Source: Betaproteobacteria bacterium
Lineage (GTDB): Bacteria; Pseudomonadota; Gammaproteobacteria; Burkholderiales; SG8-41
Assembly (NCBI GenBank): GCA_016183675.1
Contig: JACPEF010000099.1
Location: 1-41,783, forward strand
Reading direction: 5' to 3'
Length of the DNA stretch: 41,783 nucleotides
Shown: piece by piece, positions 1 through 10,315 of the stretch
Numbering within the stretch: the first letter of the stretch is position 1
How the letters are laid out: each line of letters starts with the position of its first letter
Made by a program: the position numbers and the translations under genes
Notes under the pieces: model-generated
Seen by the model: the letters and a program-made list of their open reading frames with translations, nothing else
What the model was told of the DNA's origin: nothing
The model's database searches: none

Positions 1-183
1 GAGCACGCGCCAGCTCAAGTGTATCGGATGCCCTTCGTGATCGATCACCTCCATGCGGCGCCCGAGCAGCACGACGCCGACGGCCGTCAGCGCGCCGATG
101 GTCACGAGAAACAGCGTGAAGTAACCGGAGAGGAGCAGCCAAAAGACGAACAGAACGAGCGCCGAGCTCAGCGTATAAGGCAT
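1..183 (-). CDS. mnhE: Na+/H+ antiporter subunit E (MnhE/MrpE), 5' part; runs off the window
   Basis: Not in the ORF track. Manual translation gives MPYTLSSALVLFVFWLLLSGYFTLFLVTIGALTAVGVVLLGRRMEVIDHEGHPIHLSWRVL; FWLLLSG..DHEGHP is typical of MnhE. AAGGA RBS upstream. Confidence 0.8.
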   Translation of the reverse strand, partial: MPYTLSSALVLFVFWLLLSGYFTLFLVTIGALTAVGVVLLGRRMEVIDHEGHPIHLSWRVL

Positions 184-294
184 CGGTCATTCCTTGTTTT
201 CGGCAACGCACGACGTGACGGACTTGCAGTGCGCTGCGTTGTTCTTTGGTGCATTCCGAATTCTACGTAGCCGCTCCGCCGGAAACAAGGCGCG

Positions 295-525
295 CTACAC
301 TGCCGGCGCGGGCGCCGCTGCACAACGAATGACGGCCTTCTCCAGCTCGACCAGCACGAATATCGCCGCCGCGCACGCCGGTATGCCCAGCCAAGCGGCG
401 AGGTCGATGCCGGCGGCGCCGAACCAGCCGTTCAGGAGCGGCGTGTACGTGAACACGACCTGGATTGCCGCGAGCAGCGCAACGGCGAGCAGCATGTTGA
501 CCGCGACCGTGCGTGCAGCCTCGAG
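295..525 (-). pseudogene. Remnant of the C-terminal membrane segment of a cation-transporting P-type ATPase
   Basis: LEAARTVAVN..LLAAIQVVFTYTPLLNGWFG...W...IFVLVELEKAVIR resembles the PacL/CtpF-type C-terminus. No catalytic domains upstream. Confidence 0.55.
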
Positions 526-790
526 CGGACGGACTCTCTCTGGATCGGCGAATAGCGGTGCTGCTGGAGCGAGGCAGGAATGCCGAAAACGACGAGCGCG
601 GCGGCGGCGGCCAGCCCGGTGAGCGCGGGGAAGGACAAGAACGCAAGCGCGCCCGCGCCCCCACAGCGCGCCAGCGCGCGGCGCATGAGAGAGAAAGAAT
701 TCATGATTGTTGTCGTGGGCGGCCGGAAAGCCGCGCAATTCTACCGCAGCGCGCGGTCCGAACCTGAATTCCCGCCACCGGTGCGCGTCC

Positions 791-1915
791 TCACGCGGGC
801 ACCTTCGAACGCCCCATCCACAGCTCGCTCTGCAGGCGCGCCACCTCGTTCAGCGATCCGCGTTCGCGATGCATCTGTCGCAGCCAGCCCGCGTCCGTGC
901 GGCCCGCCTCGACGTCGGCCGCGAGACTCGCCAGCGCATGGCCATTGCCGAGCGCCGCGGCATGCGGCGCCAGTACTTTCAGCGTATCGAGCACCGCTTC
1001 GCGCAGGCTAACCGGGCGCCGCGCGTAGGCGTCCACCAGCTTCGCCTCGATTCCATAGCGGCAGGCCTGGAACCGGTTGTAGTTGTAGAGCGTGTAGACG
1101 TCCCGCTCGGGGGCGAGCGGACGGTCCGCCAGGATCTGGCGGGCGAGCGTCTGGGCGTAGGCCGCGAGCGCGGCCGCGCGCTCCACCGTGAGCGGGGTGT
1201 CAAACACGCGAATTTCCACCGTTCCGTACTCGGGCTTCGGCCGGATGTCCCAGTAGAAGTCCTTCATGCTCTCGACGATGCCGTAGCCGCGCATCATCTC
1301 GAAGTACTCGAGGAACTCCCTCCACGATTGCACGAACGGCATCTGGCCCGACAGCGGAAACGCGGTCACTGTGTTGAGCCGCGAGGACTGGTACGAGGTG
1401 TCCTCGCCCTGCTGGAACGGCGACGACGCCGAGAGCGCGATGAAGTGCGGCACGTAGCGCGACAGGATGTGGGTCAGGTAGATCGCCGCATCGCCGTCCG
1501 GGCAGCCCACGTGTACATGCTGCCCGAAGATCGTGAATTGCTTCGCGAGGTAGCCGTACACCGAGAGCAGGTGCTGGAAGCGCTCCGTGGGATAGATGCG
1601 CCGGTCCGCCCACATGTGGAAGGCGTGTGAGCCGCCGCCCGCGATGCGGACATTGAGCTTCTGCGCAGCCTGGACCACCGTGTCGCGGATCGCCTTCAGC
1701 TCCGCGGCGAGCGTATCGTGGCCCTGGTGAATCGAGCTGTTCAGCTCGACCATGCTCTCCGTGATCTCCGGCTTGACCGCCCCCGCATGGGGGGCCTTCT
1801 CGACTAATCCGATCAAATCGGCGGCATCGCGCGCGAGGTCAAAATCGCGCGAATTGAGAATCTGGAGCTCGAGCTCGACCCCGACCGTGAGGCCCTTCGA
1901 ACCTGGGAACTCCAT
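791..1915 (-). CDS. ybdK: YbdK-family carboxylate-amine ligase (glutamate--cysteine ligase 2)
   Basis: Motifs TVGVELELQI, KPEITESMVE, IFGQHVHVG, YWDIRPKPEYGTVEIRVFD. Start is ATG 1915 or GTG 1930 (overlapping the upstream stop); the longer ORF extension overlaps the antiporter gene. Confidence 0.9.
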   Translation of the reverse strand: MEFPGSKGLTVGVELELQILNSRDFDLARDAADLIGLVEKAPHAGAVKPEITESMVELNSSIHQGHDTLAAELKAIRDTVVQAAQKLNVRIAGGGSHAFHMWADRRIYPTERFQHLLSVYGYLAKQFTIFGQHVHVGCPDGDAAIYLTHILSRYVPHFIALSASSPFQQGEDTSYQSSRLNTVTAFPLSGQMPFVQSWREFLEYFEMMRGYGIVESMKDFYWDIRPKPEYGTVEIRVFDTPLTVERAAALAAYAQTLARQILADRPLAPERDVYTLYNYNRFQACRYGIEAKLVDAYARRPVSLREAVLDTLKVLAPHAAALGNGHALASLAADVEAGRTDAGWLRQMHRERGSLNEVARLQSELWMGRSKVPA

Positions 1916-1926
1916 GTCGGCGCCGC

Positions 1927-3138
1927 TCACGCCGCCGCCTCTTCCCGCGCCTCGCCCGCGCGGCGAAGCGCGAACTGAACCGCAATCGGGCCGACCAGCT
2001 CCAGGATCAGCACCGCGGACAGCACGATCGCCGCGAGCTTCGTGCCGAAATCCGGATAGAGCTGGCCCGTCCGGTGCATCATACCGATCGCCGTGGCGGA
2101 CATGGGCACGAGCGCAAGGCACAGCAGCCCCGCCGCCCCGCGGCGCACGCCGCTCAGGTAGGTGAGGCTCATCACCCCGAGCGACTTGCCCGCGAAGCGG
2201 GCAAGCACATAGACAATGGCGAGCACGCCGCCGGCCGCGAATTCGTCTGCCCTGAGGCTCGCGCCGCTCACCACGAAAAGGACCACGACGAAGAGTTGCC
2301 CGACCGGGCCCACGTCCACCGGCATCAGGTCGTGCCGCTTGTCGAGGTTTTTCGAGAGCGTGCCGAAAGCCAACAGCGCCAGCACGACCGAAAGCTCGAG
2401 CATGCGCGCCGCGCCGACCGTCACGACGATCAGCGCGAGCGACATCACCAGATGGCCGCGCTCGCTCTTGCCGAGCCAGCGCGCGAGCGTCATGGCGACG
2501 AAGCTCGCGCCGTAGCCCAGCAGCGCGGAGCCCGCCAGCAGATAGAGCGGATGCAGGACGACCGTGGCCAGGCTGGCGCGGTACTCATGGTGCAGCCACG
2601 CGAGCAGCATGGCGGAGGTCACGAACGCGATCACGCTGTTCATAGCGGTCAGATTGAGAGCCCGTTCGGTGACTTGCCCCTCGGCCCTCATTTCCTGCGC
2701 CACCACCAGCACCACCGTGGGCGAGGTAGCGATCGCGATCGACGCCGCCACGGCCGCGTAGAGCGGCTGCACGTCGAAAAACAGCAGCGCCAGAAACACG
2801 CACCCGAACGCGAGCGCGCTTTCGAGCACGGCGGTCGCAGCGAGCCACGGCTCGCGCCGCAACCATGCGAAGTCGAGGCGCCTTCCGAGCTCGAACAGGA
2901 TCAGGCCGAGAGCGATGTCGACGAAAATCCAGGCTTCCTTCAGGAGCGCGCTGTCCAGCCAGTTGAGGCCGCTCGCGCCGAGCAGCAGCCCGATCAGGAC
3001 GTAGCCGACGATGCGCGGCAGTCCCAGCGTGCGCCGCGCGAGCTCGCCACCGATGACGCCGGCAAGCAGCAGCAGGCCGAACAACAGAACGGGATTCGCG
3101 GCTGGCGGCAAGGAAGGCAGGAAACTAACCGCGTTCAT
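1927..3138 (-). CDS. Cation:proton antiporter (Na+/H+ exchanger family)
   Basis: 403 aa, many hydrophobic helices; motifs GLILFELG, ATSPTVV, ARFAGK, ELVGP. Confidence 0.85.
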   Translation of the reverse strand: MNAVSFLPSLPPAANPVLLFGLLLLAGVIGGELARRTLGLPRIVGYVLIGLLLGASGLNWLDSALLKEAWIFVDIALGLILFELGRRLDFAWLRREPWLAATAVLESALAFGCVFLALLFFDVQPLYAAVAASIAIATSPTVVLVVAQEMRAEGQVTERALNLTAMNSVIAFVTSAMLLAWLHHEYRASLATVVLHPLYLLAGSALLGYGASFVAMTLARWLGKSERGHLVMSLALIVVTVGAARMLELSVVLALLAFGTLSKNLDKRHDLMPVDVGPVGQLFVVVLFVVSGASLRADEFAAGGVLAIVYVLARFAGKSLGVMSLTYLSGVRRGAAGLLCLALVPMSATAIGMMHRTGQLYPDFGTKLAAIVLSAVLILELVGPIAVQFALRRAGEAREEAAA

Positions 3139-3275
3139 GAACCGTCCATTTCCGCTACTCTCATCTTACAAGAGCCTCCCCCATAGCGGTTCTTCCATCC
3201 CGTGAAGGAACGTGGTGAGCGCAATCGGCGCGAAGCCGCTTCGTTGAACAACGCTCGCAACGGTCATGCCGACGA

Positions 3276-3908
3276 TCAACCAGCTTCGCCGAACAGGGCC
3301 GGCGACCAATTCACTACCTTGCGTCGCAATGAATCAACTTCCACCGGCGTAAGCCTGCTGCGCGCTGATTCCAGGATCCGCCGCGCTTCCGCCTGGACGT
3401 TTTCATCGAGGCCGTACGATCTGACAGCAAGTAACGCCCAGAAGAACGCCGCATCGAATCCGCTCGGCGGAGTCGATTCGTCCGCGTAAATCCGCGCCAG
3501 CGCGAGCTGCACCCGCGCATGGCCCTGCTCTGCCGCGCGCTCATACCAGTCGGCCGCACTCTCGGGATCACGCTCAGTGCCAATGCCGTCCTCGTTCATC
3601 CGGCCAAGCTCGAACTGGGACTCGGCATAGCCGAGCTTGTAACGATTCCGGTAAAGAACACTCTCGCCCGCCATCTCGAACATGGCATGCGCCTGCGCCG
3701 AATCGCGCTGGACATGACGTCCCTCCAGGTACATCGAGCCGAGCTCATGAGCAGCCTTTAGATTACCGTGCAGTACCTGGCGTGTGAGCGCGGCGACGAT
3801 TTCCGTCGATTCCTCCAGCTCCAGCGCAGCCTGCACGCGATTGTCCATGTCATCGGCGAGCGCATCAACTCCACCGAGCAGCAAAATGAATGTCAATAAA
3901 CGTTTCAT
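3276..3908 (-). CDS. Exported Sel1-repeat protein
   Basis: Signal-peptide-like N-terminus; repeats SQFELGRMNEDGIGTERD..AADWYERAAEQGH. Confidence 0.8.
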   Translation of the reverse strand: MKRLLTFILLLGGVDALADDMDNRVQAALELEESTEIVAALTRQVLHGNLKAAHELGSMYLEGRHVQRDSAQAHAMFEMAGESVLYRNRYKLGYAESQFELGRMNEDGIGTERDPESAADWYERAAEQGHARVQLALARIYADESTPPSGFDAAFFWALLAVRSYGLDENVQAEARRILESARSRLTPVEVDSLRRKVVNWSPALFGEAG

Positions 3909-4022
3909 GCGTAAAGCTTGGACTGTAATTCGACAACGGTGGCAAACGAAGCGTTCCGCGGAACCCTACCGCGGCACGTACCCTCGATCATCCGTTCCTG
4001 CCGCGCATTCACCGATCCTCCG

Positions 4023-5090
4023 TCATTGCGTCGCCGCGCCCGGGGCCGTGTACACGTGCAGCGTGCGCGTCGGGTAGGCGAACTCGACGCCCTCGCGCGC
4101 GAAGCGCTCGAAGATGACGAGGTTGATCGCCTGCTGCACGTCCATATGGAGATTGTAGTCGCGGTCGAGCACGTAGTAGACGATCTCGAACACCAGCGCG
4201 GAATCGCCGTACTCCTTGAAGTGCGCGCGGTCGAACCGCGTCCGCGGCTGCGCCTCCACCGCCTCGCGCAGCCACTGCGGAACCGCCTTCAGCTTATCCG
4301 GCGGGGTCTGATAGGTCACGCCGATCGTGAACTCGACGCGCCGCTCCAGCATACGCTGGAAGTTGCGAATGCGGCTCTTCAGCAGGTCGGCGTTGGAAAA
4401 CACCAGCAGCTCCCCGTCGAGGCTGCGCACGCGGGTGGTCTTGATGCCGACGCGCTCGACCGTGCCGCGCAGGCCGTCCACCACGATGAAGTCGCCCACC
4501 TCGAAGGGCTTGTCGAGCACGATGGAGAGCGATGCGAACAGATCGCCGAGGATGTTCTGCACCGCGAGCGCCACCGCCACTCCACCGATACCGAGACCGG
4601 CGACCAGCGCGGTAATGTCGAAGTCGAGCTGGTCGAGCGTCAGCAGGAGCACCAGCGACCACACCGCGATCCGGGCAGCGAACCCGAGCAGGGTGAGAGC
4701 CGTTGCCTCCCTCGGCTCGCGCTCGCGACTGAGTTCCGCCTTGCGCGCGGCCCAGCGTGCGAGGAAGCGGCTCGCCCACAGCCCCGCTTGCAGCAGCAGC
4801 CCGACCACGGCCGCGAGTTGAAGGAAGCGCTCGAAGCGAACCGGAATGTCGAGCGCGGACGCGCCCGCGTAGAGCGCGACAGGCAGCAGGAGCAGCAGGC
4901 TCGTCGCACGCACGGTTTCGGCGAGCAGCTCGTCCCAACGCGCCTGCGTGCGCGGCGCAAACCGCGCAAGCGCGCGCGCTCCGTAATGCCTGGCGAGCGC
5001 AAGCGTGAACCACACGGCGAGCACGATGACAAGCGCGGCCAGGAAGTCGACCGGCTCGTTGGCCTTCACGAGCTGCGTCCACCATCTCAT
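4023..5090 (-). CDS. MscS-family mechanosensitive channel
   Basis: LVAGLGIGGVAVALAVQNILGDLFAS..DKPFEVGDFI..GTVERVGIKTTRVR. Confidence 0.93.
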   Translation of the reverse strand: MRWWTQLVKANEPVDFLAALVIVLAVWFTLALARHYGARALARFAPRTQARWDELLAETVRATSLLLLLPVALYAGASALDIPVRFERFLQLAAVVGLLLQAGLWASRFLARWAARKAELSREREPREATALTLLGFAARIAVWSLVLLLTLDQLDFDITALVAGLGIGGVAVALAVQNILGDLFASLSIVLDKPFEVGDFIVVDGLRGTVERVGIKTTRVRSLDGELLVFSNADLLKSRIRNFQRMLERRVEFTIGVTYQTPPDKLKAVPQWLREAVEAQPRTRFDRAHFKEYGDSALVFEIVYYVLDRDYNLHMDVQQAINLVIFERFAREGVEFAYPTRTLHVYTAPGAATQ

Positions 5091-5233
5091 CGCTCCCCTC
5101 CGAAGGTAAACGACGAACCTTATTCGTGAATCGGACAGCGGGACCTCGAAAAGTTCCCGAGGCCGGTAGGAACCGTGATCTTTAAGCTGGGGGACCCGAT
5201 GCGCGCGCGAGAATGCCCGCGCACTGCGCCAGC

Positions 5234-5268
5234 CTGACTTGACGCCCGCGAGGGCGTATCCTTAAGCT
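5234..5268 (+). promoter_or_regulatory. Candidate sigma70 promoter for otsA
   Basis: TTGACG-18-TAAGCT, or CTGACT-17-TATCCT, about 65 nt upstream of the ATG at 5333. Confidence 0.35.
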
Positions 5269-5332
5269 CGAGTCATGCGGATGGGTCCGCCCTCGAGTGC
5301 GGGCCTCTACTCCACACAAGGAGACGCCAGGC

Positions 5333-7553
5333 ATGCGGATTTCCCTGCGCTTCATTCTCCCTCTCGCGGTGGCCCTCACGGCCATTGCGTACGCGGTCGT
5401 GCCGCTCGTGGACCGGCTCACCCTGAACTGGTTCGTGCGCGACCTGGAAATGCGCGCCAAGCTGATCACCAGCGCGACGCAGGAGCCGCTCGGCGCCCTC
5501 GTGCGCGAGCCGCGCGCGAAGCAGAAGATCATGCGGTTTTTCGAGCGCCTCGTTCAGGACGAGCGCGTCTACGCGCTCGGTTTCTGCGACCACGCGGGCA
5601 AGCTCGCCTACGCCACGCGGGGGTTCCCTGAAACGGTGCGATGCCCGGCCCCAGACGCGCCCGGGCAAACCGAGTTGCTGCAGCGTCCCGATGGCCCGCT
5701 GCACGTATCGGCCCATCCGGTAGCGCTCGAGGGCGAGACGCTCGGCGAGCTGGTGATCGTGCACGACATGAGCTTCGTGCAGCGGCGCAGCGAGGACACG
5801 AAGAAGTATGTGTTTTACCTGTTCGCGACGATCGCGGCCGTGGTCGCGCTGATCACCGTGGTGATCGCCGAGATCAGCTGGCGCGGCTGGGTGGCCGGCA
5901 TCAAGGCGTTGATATCGGGCGAAGGGCTGCTGCGCTCGTCGGGGGAGGTGCGCGCACCCGAATTGCGGCCGATCGCGAAGGACCTGCAGGCGCTCGTGCG
6001 CGACCTGGAGGCCGAGCGGCGCAGCCGCGACGAAAGCCAGGTCGTCTGGGGCCCGGAAGCGCTGCGCCGGATCCTGCGGGAAGACCTGAAGGGCGATGAG
6101 GTGTTGATCGTGTCCAACCGCGAGCCGTACATCCACGTCCGCAAGCAGAACGTGATCGAGATCCAGCGCCCGGCGAGCGGGCTTGTGACCGCCCTCGAGC
6201 CGGTCATGCGCGCGTGCTCGGGGACGTGGATCGCGCACGGCAGCGGCTCCGCAGACCGCGAGGCGGTGGATCCGGGCGACCACGTAATGGTGCCGCCGGA
6301 GCGGCCCGCATACCGCATTCGGCGCGTCTGGCTCACCAAGGAGGAGGAGCAGGGCTACTACTACGGATTCGCCAACGAGGGCTTGTGGCCGTTGTGCCAC
6401 ATCGCGCATGTGCGGCCGGTCTTCCGGGCCCCGGACTGGGAGCATTACCGTGCGGTGAACCGGCGCTTCGCCGACGTGGTCGTGGACGAGGCGCGCACCG
6501 AGGACCCGATCGTGCTGGTGCAGGACTACCACCTCGCCCTGCTCGGAGGGATGCTCGATGATCGCCGGCCCGACGTGCGCGCCGTGTTCTTCCAACACAC
6601 CCCGTTCTGCGGCCCGAACTCGATTCGCGGAGGCCGTGCTCGAAGGGCTGCTCGGCTCGAGCATCCTGGGTTTTCACACGCAGTTCCACTGCAACAACTT
6701 CTTCGACACTGTGGACCGGTTCCTCGAGGCGCGCGTCAACCGCGAGACTTTCACGATCTCCTACAGCGGCGAGCCGACGGAGGTGCAGCGCTACCCGATT
6801 TCGATCGAATGGCCGCCGGAGGCCCTGGGCGGGGAACCCCCGGTGGAGGAATGTCGCAGCCAGATCCGCGCGCGCCTCGGCGTTTCGCCGGAACTGCGCC
6901 TGGGCATCGGCGTGGACCGCCTCGACTACACCAAGGGAATCCTCGAGCGTTTCATGGCGGTCGAGCGCCTGCTCGAGCTCGAGCCGCACTGGATCGGGAA
7001 GTTCTCTTTCGTGCAGATCGCGGCGCCCTCACGCTCATCCATAGACGAGTATCAGGGTTTCGAGGTCAAAGTGAGGGCGCTGGCGACGCAGATCAACCGC
7101 CGCTTCGGGCGTGAGGGATACGAGCCCATCATCCTCATTGTCGAGCACCACGACGCGAAGGAGGTCTACGCCTACTACCGCGCCGCCGACCTGTGCTACG
7201 TGTCGAGCCTGCACGACGGCATGAACCTGGTGGCGAAGGAATTCGTCGCGGCGCGCGAGGACGAGCGCGGAGTGCTCGTCCTGTCGCAGTTCACCGGCGC
7301 CGCACGCGAGCTGACCGAAGCGCTGATCGTCAACCCCTACGACATCGAGCAGTGCGCGGCGGCGTTGAACCTGGCGCTCACCATGCCGCCCGAAGAGCAG
7401 CGCGCCCGCATGCGCAGCATGAGAAATCTCGTGCAGGAGTTCAACGTGTACCGCTGGGCGGGGCGCATGCTGATCGATGCGGCGCGCATGCGCCACCGGC
7501 ACCGCGTGCTCGCGCGGGCCCGCGTCGCGCGGCTGCGCACTGTTCCTCGCTAG
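5333..7553 (+). CDS. otsA: Trehalose-6-phosphate synthase with an N-terminal two-TM extension; frameshifted near 6629 as given
   Basis: First frame: [31 protein letters not shown]. Second frame: [40 protein letters not shown] before ATG 5333. Confidence 0.85.
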
Positions 7554-7660
7554 TGCCGTTCCAACTATTCATGCTAATCCGTCGGTTTCTCCTTGGACCG
7601 ATCGTCGCCAGGAAGCGATGCACCGGAATTCGGAGAAACAAGTTGGAACGGCACTAGCCG

Positions 7661-8458
7661 ATGCAGCATCGGCTGCAGCAACCCGGAAGTGCGGACGCCG
7701 CGGACAATCGCTTGCCGGCATACTCGCCCGACTGGGCGCTCTTCCTGGACATAGACGGCACGCTGCTCGAGCACGCCGAGCGGCCCGACGCGGTCCGCGC
7801 CGACGCGGCGCTTGGGAAGCTGCTGGTCGAGTTGCATGAAGCAACCGGCGGCGCGTTCGCGCTGATCAGCGGCCGTCCGATCGCCGAGCTGGACGTGCTG
7901 TTCGCGCCGCTGCGCCTTCCGGCCGCGGGGCAGCACGGTGTCGAGCGCCGCGATGCAGGCAGAAAAGTGCACCAGCACGCGTTTCCTGTCGAGCCGCTGC
8001 GGCGCGCGACGCGCCAGCTCGGCGAGTTCGCTGCCCGCCACGCCGGGCTGCTGCTCGAGGACAAGGGCCACAGTCTGGCGCTGCATTTCCGGCTTGCGCC
8101 GGAGCTTGCCGGCGCGGCGCGCGAAGCGGTAGCCAACGCGCTGTCGGCGCTCGGCCCGGATTTCGAGATGCAGGCCGGCAAGCTGGTGTTCGAGATCAAG
8201 CCCGGCGGGCGCGACAAGGGCACGGCGATCGAGGAGTTCATGGCCGAAGTGCCGTTCGCGGGCCGGCTCCCGGTGTTCGTCGGAGACGACACGTCTGACG
8301 AGTACGGTTTCGCGAATGTGAACCGGATGGGCGGCCACTCCATCAAGGTCGGTCCCGGCCCCTCGACTGCGCGCTGGCGGGTTGCCGATGCGGCGGCCGT
8401 ACGGAAGTGGCTCGGCGCCTACGTCAGTTACGCTGCATCACGCGCAGGCGGACAGTGA
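7661..8458 (+). CDS. otsB: Trehalose-6-phosphate phosphatase
   Basis: HAD motifs FLDIDGTL, ISGR, DKG, VGDDTSDE; follows otsA. Confidence 0.93.
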   Translation: MQHRLQQPGSADAADNRLPAYSPDWALFLDIDGTLLEHAERPDAVRADAALGKLLVELHEATGGAFALISGRPIAELDVLFAPLRLPAAGQHGVERRDAGRKVHQHAFPVEPLRRATRQLGEFAARHAGLLLEDKGHSLALHFRLAPELAGAAREAVANALSALGPDFEMQAGKLVFEIKPGGRDKGTAIEEFMAEVPFAGRLPVFVGDDTSDEYGFANVNRMGGHSIKVGPGPSTARWRVADAAAVRKWLGAYVSYAASRAGGQ

Positions 8459-10245
8459 CCGCGACCCTCGATCTTGCCATCGTCGGCAACTGCGGCGTCG
8501 CGGCGCTCGTCGATGCGACGGGCGAGATCGTATGGGGCTGCATGCCGCAGCCCGACAGCGATCCGGTCTTCTGCTCGTTGTTGCGCACCCGGCGCGCCGA
8601 CGGCGACTTCGGCTTTTTTGCGGTCGAACTCGCCGATCTCGCGCACAGCGAGCAGGAATACCTCGCCAACACCCCGATCCTGGCGACGCGCCTCTACGAC
8701 CGGCGCGGCGGCGCGATCGAGATCACGGACTTCGCGCCGCGCTTCCTGCAGTTCGGGCGCATGTTCTGCCCGATGACGCTGGTGCGCCAGGTGCGCCGCC
8801 TCGCCGGCAGCCCGCGGGTCACGATGCGACTGCGGCCGGCGACCGGCTACGGCGCCGCGCCAGCGCGCGTCACGTTCGGCAGCAACCACGTGCGCTATGA
8901 GTGCGCCGACGTCGTGCTGCGCGCCACGACCAATTGCTCGATCACGGCGCTGCTGGAGGAAATCCCGTTCGTGCTGCAAGGAACGGTCACGTTCGTGCTC
9001 GGGTCCGACGAGACGCTGCAGGGGTCCGTTCTCGACGTTGCGCGCCGGTTTCTCGAGGAAACGACCGATTATTGGCGCGACTGGGTCCGCGACCTCAGCA
9101 TCCCCTACGAGTGGCAGGACGAGATCATTCGCGCGGCGATCTCGCTCAAGCTTGCGGCGGTGGACGACACCGGGGCGGTCCTCGCCGCCTTCACGAGCTC
9201 GATCCCGGAGGCCGCGGACAGCGGCCGCAACTGGGATTACCGTTTCTGCTGGCTGCGCGACGCGTATTTCACGGTCAATGCGCTCAACCGGCTGAACGCG
9301 ACCAAGACCATGGAGCGCTACCTCGGTTACATCATCAACGTCGCCGCCAGCGCTGAAGACGCGCGTTTACAGCCGGTGTACCGCATCAACGGACGTGGCG
9401 AAATGCCGGAGCGCGTGGTCGCGGCGCTGCCGGGCTACCGCGACCTGGGACCGGTCCGCGTCGGAAACGAGGCCTACCGGCAGGTACAGAATGACGCCTA
9501 CGGGTCGGCGATCCTCGCCGCGACGCACGCCTTCTTCGACAGCCGCCTGCTGCGACCCGGAAACGAGGGGCTGTTCGCGCAACTCGAGACGCTCGGCGAG
9601 CACGCCGCGCAGATCTGGGCACAGCCGGATGCGGGCCTGTGGGAGTTGCGCGGCGCAACGCGGGTGCACACATCCTCAAGCATCATGTGCTGGGCTGCAT
9701 GCGAACGCCTGGCGAAGATCGCCGCGCGACTCCGGCTCGCCGAACGCGCGCAATACTGGCGCCACCATGCCGAAACCATTCATCGCGGGGTGTGCGAGCG
9801 TGCCTGGAGCTCGTCGCGCGGGAGCTTCGCCTCGACGCTCGACGGCGACGGCCTCGACGCGAGCCTGCTGCTGCTCGCGGAACTGGGCTTCCTCCCGGCG
9901 GAAGATCCGCGTTTTGCCTCGACCGTCGCCGCGATCGAGCGCGAGCTGCGCCGCGGCGATTTCGTGTTCCGCTACACCGAGGCGGACGACTTCGGGACGC
10001 CACAAAACGCGTTTCTGGCGTGCACTTGCTGGTACATCGACGCAATCGCCGCGCTCGGGCGGCGGGAGGAAGCAAGAGCGCTGTTCGAAAACCTGCTTGC
10101 CTGCCGCAACCGCCACGGCCTGCTCGCCGAGCATATTGATCCGGCGACACGCGAGCTCTGGGGCAACTTTCCGCAGACCTACAGCATGGTGGGGCTCATC
10201 AACTCCGCGACGCGGCTCTCGATTCCCTGGGACGAGGCGTTTTGA
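8455..10245 (+). CDS. Glycoside hydrolase family 15 (probable trehalase)
   Basis: RNWDYRFCWLRD, DAGLWELRG, GLLAEH..GNFPQTYS; the GTG start overlaps the otsB stop (GTGA). Confidence 0.9.
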   Translation: MTATLDLAIVGNCGVAALVDATGEIVWGCMPQPDSDPVFCSLLRTRRADGDFGFFAVELADLAHSEQEYLANTPILATRLYDRRGGAIEITDFAPRFLQFGRMFCPMTLVRQVRRLAGSPRVTMRLRPATGYGAAPARVTFGSNHVRYECADVVLRATTNCSITALLEEIPFVLQGTVTFVLGSDETLQGSVLDVARRFLEETTDYWRDWVRDLSIPYEWQDEIIRAAISLKLAAVDDTGAVLAAFTSSIPEAADSGRNWDYRFCWLRDAYFTVNALNRLNATKTMERYLGYIINVAASAEDARLQPVYRINGRGEMPERVVAALPGYRDLGPVRVGNEAYRQVQNDAYGSAILAATHAFFDSRLLRPGNEGLFAQLETLGEHAAQIWAQPDAGLWELRGATRVHTSSSIMCWAACERLAKIAARLRLAERAQYWRHHAETIHRGVCERAWSSSRGSFASTLDGDGLDASLLLLAELGFLPAEDPRFASTVAAIERELRRGDFVFRYTEADDFGTPQNAFLACTCWYIDAIAALGRREEARALFENLLACRNRHGLLAEHIDPATRELWGNFPQTYSMVGLINSATRLSIPWDEAF

Positions 10246-10315
10246 TTCCCGGGCAGTTGGAACCGCGATGTGCGCGGCGCCGCACGTGGCTAGCGCGGCG
10301 ATGCTTTGGCCGTGA

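Noticed and set aside
432-704. 90-aa ORF with a hydrophobic N-terminus
   Set aside because: Could be another membrane-gene remnant, but no family is recognisable and it overlaps the ATPase fragment out of frame.
6558-7553. Separate second otsA gene or programmed frameshift
   Set aside because: The break falls inside the GT20 domain and has no slippery run; better explained by the chimeric patch.
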